Shown piece by piece: positions 1 to 5,343 of a DNA stretch of 12,281 nt. The DNA comes from a bacterium (lineage in GTDB: Bacteria; Sysuimicrobiota; Sysuimicrobiia; Sysuimicrobiales; Humicultoraceae). Under the pieces are notes generated by a model. That model worked only from the letters and a program-made list of their open reading frames with translations. It was not told where the DNA came from and did not search any database. The stretch is taken from the NCBI GenBank assembly GCA_041497675.1, contig JBGQGY010000112.1, positions 1 to 12,281 of the forward strand, given 5' to 3'. The position numbers and the translations under genes were made by a program. How positions within the stretch are numbered: position 1 is the first letter of the stretch; each line of letters begins with the position of its first letter.

Positions 1-56
1 CCAACGCAGACCTAACACGCAGAGACGCTCGGACCGGATAGTGTCTATGGTAGTTC

Positions 57-368
57 ATGAGCGCAAGACTTCGTGCCACTGGGGCCGACTGCGTTGTCGT
101 CGCGCCGACGCGTGAGGCAGGACTCCCCATTCGCGCGGGCAAGATCGGGCTCTTCGCACCCGACCTGGTCGGGACGCTCCTCTCCGCCGGCGATCGCCTG
201 AGCGCGCGTGTGCACGGTGCCGGGACGATCGATGTGCGCGTCATTGAAACGCTTCCCGCGGGACGCGTCATCGTCGACGACTCGACGATCTTGCTGGTCG
301 CGATGCGCTGCCGCCCCTCAACCCCGCACCCCTGCCGGAGGTCTGCCCCCTCCCGCAGTTGGGTATAA
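57..368 (+). CDS. Small protein resembling the CDC48/p97/VAT N-terminal subdomain 2 (CDC48_2-like), with no AAA domain
   Basis: ATG at 57 with an in-frame TAG at 51-53, so the ORF does not extend upstream. The pattern A.xVVVAP...L.G.LL..GD.......G.I.V.VIET.P.G.VIV.D.T.L matches my recollection of archaeal/bacterial CDC48 Nc subdomains. The last ~20 aa look low-complexity. No SD; TATGGT at 46-51 suggests a leaderless start. Confidence 0.55.
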   Translation: MSARLRATGADCVVVAPTREAGLPIRAGKIGLFAPDLVGTLLSAGDRLSARVHGAGTIDVRVIETLPAGRVIVDDSTILLVAMRCRPSTPHPCRRSAPSRSWV

Positions 369-522
369 GTGAACTCCAGAGCGGGAAATTCCTTGCGCCC
401 AAGGCTTTGAGGGTACATGGGCCCGTTCTTCGGAGCCGGTCGATTACTACTTGATGTGGACATGAGCGATTTCGTGCCCGAGGCATTCGCTACAGCCGAC
501 GCTCTCGCAAAAGGAGACGACC

Positions 523-1020
523 ATGCAGTCGCAGTCGCGGACGCCTCTGACCCCTTTCATCGGGACCAAATCCCCGCGCATTCTCGTCGCGGACCAGGAT
601 CCGGTCGGCCAGCAAACGCTGAAGTCGCAACTGGAGAAGTGGCGATGTCGCGTAGAAGTGGCGAGCAGCGGCGCGCAGGCGCGTGCCGTGGCGCGGAAGT
701 TCAACCCCGACCTGATCCTGCTCGACGTCGTGATGCCCGATCAGTCGGGATTTGCCGTGTGCGAGGCGCTGCAGGCCGACCCGGCCACAAAGCACATCCG
801 GGTCATCTTCATCAGCGCGCTATCGGGCACGCCGGCGAAGGTCATGGGATTTGAGACCGGTGGGCACGATTACCTGACGAAACCCTTCAACCCCGGTGAA
901 CTGGCGGCGCGGGTGGGCGCACATCTCCGCGAGAAGTACGTCGAAGACGAACTGCGTGAGAAGCAGGCCAAACTGACGGCGCTGACGGATCCGTCGTCCC
1001 AGCAATCGAAACACGCGTAA
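523..1020 (+). CDS. Response regulator: receiver (REC) domain plus C-terminal helical linker, no output domain
   Basis: SD AAGGAG at 511-516. Receiver motifs are RILVADQD, PDLILLDVVMP (phospho-Asp), VIFISA and DYLTKPF, followed by the PleD/WspR-type helix ELAARV..HLR....DELREKQ. Confidence 0.92.
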   Translation: MQSQSRTPLTPFIGTKSPRILVADQDPVGQQTLKSQLEKWRCRVEVASSGAQARAVARKFNPDLILLDVVMPDQSGFAVCEALQADPATKHIRVIFISALSGTPAKVMGFETGGHDYLTKPFNPGELAARVGAHLREKYVEDELREKQAKLTALTDPSSQQSKHA

Positions 1021-1027
1021 GGTACCC

Positions 1028-1050
1028 GCCACCCGACAGCGTCGGGCGGC
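1028..1050. terminator. GC hairpin between convergent genes, possible bidirectional terminator
   Basis: GCC-A-CCCGAC-agc-GTCGGG-C-GGC (9 bp with one mismatch) fills the 31-bp gap between the convergent stops at 1020 and 1052. No U-tract on either strand. Confidence 0.45.
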
Positions 1051-1051
1051 A

Positions 1052-1792
1052 CTAGTCGCGTTCGGCCCAGGCGAAGAACTCCAGCATGTCCTCCAACCAC
1101 CGCCACTGTCCGCCCATAATCCCGGTCATGGGATGGTCATCTGGTAGGGCGGTCGGGTAAATCGTACAGCCAAAGCGAACCCCAGCGTCACGGTACACCT
1201 GGGCGAGCGCCAGCGTTGGCGCCAGGCTCTTGTCGGTATGCGCCTGCTGCAGCAGCATGGGGATCGTCGTCCGGCGCGCCGCCTCCAGCAGCGCCTGTTG
1301 GATGTGCGGGCTCTGATCCCAGGTCAGTGCGGCCGCGCACATGTTGCACCCGGCCCGGAACGCCGAGCTGCGACCGGCACACAGCACCGTCACGATGCCG
1401 CCGAGCGAGCGTCCACAGATGAACACGCGCGCGGGGTCCACATCGGGGCGCCGTCGGAGGATCTCGAAGACCGCGAGGACGTCGCCGGCTTCGACGGTCA
1501 TCCGCGGGGCAAACAGCGCGCTATCGAGTGAACCGTCGGCGGCCCGGGTCGCGTCGGAAAACGTCGAGCCTTCCGATTCGCCGTACCCGCGGCGTTCGGG
1601 CACAAGCACGAGATACCCGCGCGCCACCATACGCTGCGCCTGATCTTCCCATCGCCGCGGCTCACGTTCGCGGCCCATCCGCGACCCATGATTGTAAATG
1701 ATGACCGGGTGCGCGCCCGCGCCCGCCGGGCGATAGAGATAGGCGATCTGCTTCAGCCCATCGTGCGTGTACCATACATCCTCTGTGGACAC
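1052..1792 (-). CDS. Alpha/beta-fold serine hydrolase (dienelactone hydrolase / S9-like family)
   Basis: Motifs IIYNHGS, PERRGYGES, RPDVDPARV and nucleophile elbow GRSLGG, with candidate Asp (HTDKS) and His (DDHP). The GTG start lies 2 nt after the upstream stop, with GGAG just upstream. No signal peptide is evident. Confidence 0.88.
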   Translation of the reverse strand: MSTEDVWYTHDGLKQIAYLYRPAGAGAHPVIIYNHGSRMGREREPRRWEDQAQRMVARGYLVLVPERRGYGESEGSTFSDATRAADGSLDSALFAPRMTVEAGDVLAVFEILRRRPDVDPARVFICGRSLGGIVTVLCAGRSSAFRAGCNMCAAALTWDQSPHIQQALLEAARRTTIPMLLQQAHTDKSLAPTLALAQVYRDAGVRFGCTIYPTALPDDHPMTGIMGGQWRWLEDMLEFFAWAERD

Positions 1793-1794
1793 GG

Positions 1795-3408
1795 TTACCG
1801 CTCCACGCGCGCCGTCACCAGCGGACGGTATCCCATCAGCAGCGGATAGACCTCGACGCCTTTGACGTAGGGCTTGATGGCGATGATGCTGCGGGGGTGC
1901 ATGACGGGGATCAGTGCCACGTCATCGACGATCGCCATCCGTTCGGCCTGTTGGAAGCGGGCGATCTGCCGGCGCCGATCGGTCGTCGCGTTAGCTTCAT
2001 CGATCAGTCGATCATACGCGGGGCTGGCATAGTTGGCGAAGTTCGACGGCGACCCGCTGGTCAGCAGGCCCCCCAGATGGTAGTTGGGATCGAGGAACGC
2101 CGCCGTCCACCCCGTCCAATTACCGGCCAGCACGTTCTTGTTGAACCACGCGGTGCGATAGCGGGCGAAGTCCATCTGCACGAGGGACGTCTGCACACCC
2201 AGCTCCTTTTGAAACACCGCGCCCAGCACCTCGGCGACGTCCTTGCTCGACGCCCCGCGAGGGTTGAACGCGATCTCTAGTGGCGGCAGGCCGCGGCCGC
2301 CGGGAAACCCGGCTTCGGCGAGCAGTTTCTGGGCGGCGGCGGGATCGTAGGGGATCCCCTTCATGCGCGGATCGTGCCCGGGAACAAACGGCGGGAGAAT
2401 CCCGGCTGCCGGCACCCCCACGCCCTGAAAGATCACACGGATGATCTGCTCCTTGTTGATCACCTGTGCGAACGCCCGGCGAACGCGCACGTCGCGCGCC
2501 GGCGCGTAGACGGCCGGGTTGAGGATAAAGAACTGCGTGGTCGCCCGCGGCACCTGCCGGACCTCTTTCGCCCGTACGGGGTCACGGCTGTAGCGTAGGA
2601 AGTCCTCGGCGGTGAGCTGCACCAGATCCAGATCACCGCGCTCGTACACGGCGGTGCGCGTCGCCGCGTCTGGGATCACCTGAAACTCCAGCCGAGCGAC
2701 GGCCGGCGGCCGATGCGACGCCGGCGCGCTCTGCAAGACAACGCGCTGATTGCGTGCCCATTCCACTAGGCGGAACGGTCCGCTGCCCGCGTCGGTTTCC
2801 TCAAACCAGTTGCCCGGCTTGCCCGCAATCTCGATAGCGGTGATGGACGCGGCGCTGTGCGCGAGCCGCTGGAGCACATCCCCGCCCTTTGGCGGGAAGG
2901 TGGCGGTGATCTCCAGGGTGCGGGTGTCCACGGCCTTCAGGCCGCGGAGTTCGGTGGCCCGGCCGGCCTGCACGTCGTCGAATCCCACGATGTCGTCAAA
3001 GACGAGGCGGGCGTTGGGGGACCGCGTGGCCGGGTTGATCGCGCGCTCGAAGGACAACTTGACATCGTAGGCCGTCACGCGACGCCCGTTGTGGAACTTG
3101 ATATCCTCACGCAGCACAAACTTAATCACCCGGCCGTCCCGAGAGGTGGTCCACGATTCGGCAGCGTCACCGACCAGCGTGCCCGACGCGTCCACTTCGA
3201 CGAGCGTGGAATACATGTGCCCCACCATGACCGCGGAGGGCAGGTCGTTGACCAGCACGGGATCGAGCGTGGTGGCGTCGGCGTCGAGGGGGAGGCGCAG
3301 CGCGGCCGGCCCCGGAGCCGCCCTGCCTGCGGGCCCCGTCGCGGCGATCGCGGCGCACACCAGCAGCCCGGCGGCGGCCAGGCTCCACGCACGGACACGG
3401 GATCTCAT
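1795..3408 (-). CDS. ABC transporter substrate-binding protein, family 5 (OppA/DppA/NikA-like)
   Basis: Motifs TLDP, AESW, F.LR..IKFHNG...TA.DVK.SFER, GSGPFRL, DVRVRRA and YDP..A..LLAEAG. Start moved from 3450 to ATG 3408 because GGAGGT lies 5 nt upstream and that start gives a signal peptide (MRSRVRAWSLAAAGLLVCAAIAA...). 537 aa. Confidence 0.93.
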   Translation of the reverse strand: MRSRVRAWSLAAAGLLVCAAIAATGPAGRAAPGPAALRLPLDADATTLDPVLVNDLPSAVMVGHMYSTLVEVDASGTLVGDAAESWTTSRDGRVIKFVLREDIKFHNGRRVTAYDVKLSFERAINPATRSPNARLVFDDIVGFDDVQAGRATELRGLKAVDTRTLEITATFPPKGGDVLQRLAHSAASITAIEIAGKPGNWFEETDAGSGPFRLVEWARNQRVVLQSAPASHRPPAVARLEFQVIPDAATRTAVYERGDLDLVQLTAEDFLRYSRDPVRAKEVRQVPRATTQFFILNPAVYAPARDVRVRRAFAQVINKEQIIRVIFQGVGVPAAGILPPFVPGHDPRMKGIPYDPAAAQKLLAEAGFPGGRGLPPLEIAFNPRGASSKDVAEVLGAVFQKELGVQTSLVQMDFARYRTAWFNKNVLAGNWTGWTAAFLDPNYHLGGLLTSGSPSNFANYASPAYDRLIDEANATTDRRRQIARFQQAERMAIVDDVALIPVMHPRSIIAIKPYVKGVEVYPLLMGYRPLVTARVER

Positions 3409-3413
3409 GGTAT

Positions 3414-3474
3414 ACCTCCAGCGGCGGGAACTGGCGGGCCGGTTCGACATGGAGGTTGCCGCTCCCTTTGCCGC
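3414..3474 (-). promoter_or_regulatory. Putative structured 5' leader of the binding-protein gene with anti-SD/SD pairing
   Basis: On the minus strand ACCTCCA (3456-3450) is the exact complement of the SD-containing TGGAGGT (3420-3414). A competing helix GCGGC-aaa-GGGA (3474-3463) with TCCC-GCCGC (3429-3421) is also possible. Confidence 0.45.
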
Positions 3475-3489
3475 GTAGTTTCCACATTG

Positions 3490-3504
3490 CTGTGAGTGTC
3501 ACAG
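3490..3504. promoter_or_regulatory. Perfect inverted repeat CTGTGA-gtg-TCACAG, candidate operator or SD-proximal hairpin
   Basis: Seen directly in the 107-bp divergent intergenic region. It overlaps the start of the M28 SD (AGGAGG, 3503-3508). Confidence 0.45.
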
Positions 3505-3515
3505 GAGGATTGCAC

Positions 3516-5318
3516 ATGGCCGTGGCTCACAAGGCCGATCTGGAAACCCGGATGCGCAAGGGGGTGTCGGTGCAACGGCTCCAGACGCATCTCAAACAGT
3601 TCGCGCGCTGGCACCGAGAAACCGGAGGACCCGACGAGCGCGCGGCGGTCGACTACATTGCAGAGACATTGCGTGGCGACGGGATCACGGTCACGATCCA
3701 CGAGTTTCGGGGTTTTGTCAGCTTCCCTCGTGAGGCGGCGCTGGACGTGCTGGCGCCTGAACGTCTGACGATTCCCTGCCGTCCGCGTTCGTTTGGCGCG
3801 AGCACGCCGCCGGGCGGACTCGAGGGCGAGATCATCTTCGTCGGGTCGGTCGACGAGGACCGCACCAAGATGATCTTCGCGCGTACCGGTGACGAGTCGG
3901 AATACGACGGGATCGACGCGCGCGGCAAGATCGTCCTCGGCACCGCCGGCGGGCCGGACGGCGTCAAGCGCGCGACGGAGCACGGCGCCGTGGCCTACAT
4001 CCACATGTGGCCGTCAGGCGAAGACGCCATCCACGAGATGATCGTCACCAGCATTTGGGGCACGCCGACGCCGGACTCGATCAACCGCCTGCCGACGACC
4101 CCGGCGCTCTCGATCAAGAAAGCCGACGGCGAGCGGCTGCGACACCTGTTGGCGCGGGGCCCGGTGCGCGTGCGCATCCATGCCCAAGCCGAGACCGGCT
4201 GGCGTACGCTGCCCGTCACGATCGCCGATATCCCCGGTGAAGACCCCGAGTTTCTCCTCGTCGGCGCACACATCGACTCGTGGTACGAAGGCATCACGGA
4301 CAATGCCACGGGGGACGTCTGCTTGATGGAGATGGCGCGTGTCGCCCACCGGCACCGGAAACGGCTGCGCCGCGGGCTGCGCTTTGCCTGGTGGCCCGGT
4401 CACTCGCACGGGCGTTACGCCGGATCGACGTGGTATGCGGACTTTGCCTTCGACGACCTGCGCCGCCGGGCGCTCGGGTATCTCAACATCGACTCGCCGG
4501 GTGTCCGCGAGACGGCCGTGTTCGACTGCCGGTACAACATGGGAGAAGTCGAAGAGTTGATGAAGCAGACCGTGCCGGAAGTCACCGGGCAGTCGCCAAA
4601 CATCCGCCGGCCGTTCAAGGCCGGCGATCAATCATTTTGGGGGATCGGGTTGCCGTCGCTGGGCGCGTTCCGGATGCTGCCGTTGGATCACCCGGACCGT
4701 GCGACGGTCGGTGGATGCGGCGCCGGCTGGTGGTGGCACTCACCGGCCGACACGCTGGACAAAGCGGATGCCAATATCCTGGCGTCGGATGCCGGGCTCT
4801 ACCTGACGATCGCGGCCCGGCTGGTGATCCCGCCGCTGCTGCCGTTCAACTTCGTCCCGGCGGCCGATGACTTCGTGACCCTCTTGCGCGACCTGCACGA
4901 GAGCGGCCGGGGGTCGTTCGCGTTGACCGATCTCATCCAAAAGGCCGAGCGGTTTCGCGCGATGGCCGCACCGCTCGAGGAGACCCGCGTTCGGGTAACC
5001 GGCAGCACGCCGCCCCGCGGCAGGGGGAGTGTGCGATCTCGCATCGCCCGGTTCAACCACGGGCTCATGGCCTTGTCGCGGATGATCAACCCCGTGCTCT
5101 ACACGGTGGAGGGACCGTACGATCACGACCCGGCGCTGCAGGTGCCGATGCTCCCCGGGCTGCAAGATGTCCGGCGGTTGGCGACGCTGCCGGTCGATTC
5201 AGACGGCTACGGTTTCCTGCGCGCCCAACTCGTGCGCGAGCGCAACCGCGTCGCCGACGCGCTGGACCGTGCCGCCGAGCACATCGAATTCCTGTCGGCG
5301 CAGGTCGGCGGACGCTAG
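3516..5318 (+). CDS. M28-family Zn metallopeptidase/amidohydrolase with PA domain and atypical active site
   Basis: SD AGGAGG at 3503-3508 supports ATG 3516 (600 aa). PA-domain motifs are Y.GIDARGKIVL and A...GAVA. Metal-ligand motifs are GAHIDSW, DNATG, YLNIDSPG and WWHSPADT. WWPGHSHG occupies the place of the usual xEExG motif. Confidence 0.9.
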   Translation: MAVAHKADLETRMRKGVSVQRLQTHLKQFARWHRETGGPDERAAVDYIAETLRGDGITVTIHEFRGFVSFPREAALDVLAPERLTIPCRPRSFGASTPPGGLEGEIIFVGSVDEDRTKMIFARTGDESEYDGIDARGKIVLGTAGGPDGVKRATEHGAVAYIHMWPSGEDAIHEMIVTSIWGTPTPDSINRLPTTPALSIKKADGERLRHLLARGPVRVRIHAQAETGWRTLPVTIADIPGEDPEFLLVGAHIDSWYEGITDNATGDVCLMEMARVAHRHRKRLRRGLRFAWWPGHSHGRYAGSTWYADFAFDDLRRRALGYLNIDSPGVRETAVFDCRYNMGEVEELMKQTVPEVTGQSPNIRRPFKAGDQSFWGIGLPSLGAFRMLPLDHPDRATVGGCGAGWWWHSPADTLDKADANILASDAGLYLTIAARLVIPPLLPFNFVPAADDFVTLLRDLHESGRGSFALTDLIQKAERFRAMAAPLEETRVRVTGSTPPRGRGSVRSRIARFNHGLMALSRMINPVLYTVEGPYDHDPALQVPMLPGLQDVRRLATLPVDSDGYGFLRAQLVRERNRVADALDRAAEHIEFLSAQVGGR

Positions 5319-5343
5319 ACTCACGGCCCGCGCCGCTGGCGTC

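Noticed and set aside
417..854. 145-aa plus-strand ORF overlapping the response regulator in another frame
   Set aside because: No motifs, and it overlaps a well-supported gene with a strong SD.
3355..3408. Lipoprotein signal in the first binding protein (Cys in LLVC)
   Set aside because: LLVC does not fit the lipobox [LVI][ASTVI][GAS]C and the hydrophobic stretch continues past the Cys; a signal peptidase I-type signal is more likely.
3490..3504. CRP/FNR-type site
   Set aside because: Half-sites match TGTGA/TCACA but the spacer is 3 nt rather than 6. Kept only as an unassigned palindrome.
3456..3515. TTG start giving a 620-aa M28 protein
   Set aside because: A well-spaced AGGAGG supports ATG 3516 and the extension has no recognisable character. 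GGAGG at 3451-3455 abuts the TTG, too close to act as its SD.
3409..3515. Known riboswitch classes (ZTP, c-di-GMP-I) suggested by ACTGGCG, GGGAGC and GGCAAA fragments
   Set aside because: The fragments fall on different strands or lack the rest of the consensus, so no complete known aptamer can be built by eye.
5319..5343. Intrinsic terminator between the convergent M28 and ATPase genes
   Set aside because: Only weak 3-4 bp GC pairings and no U-tract.
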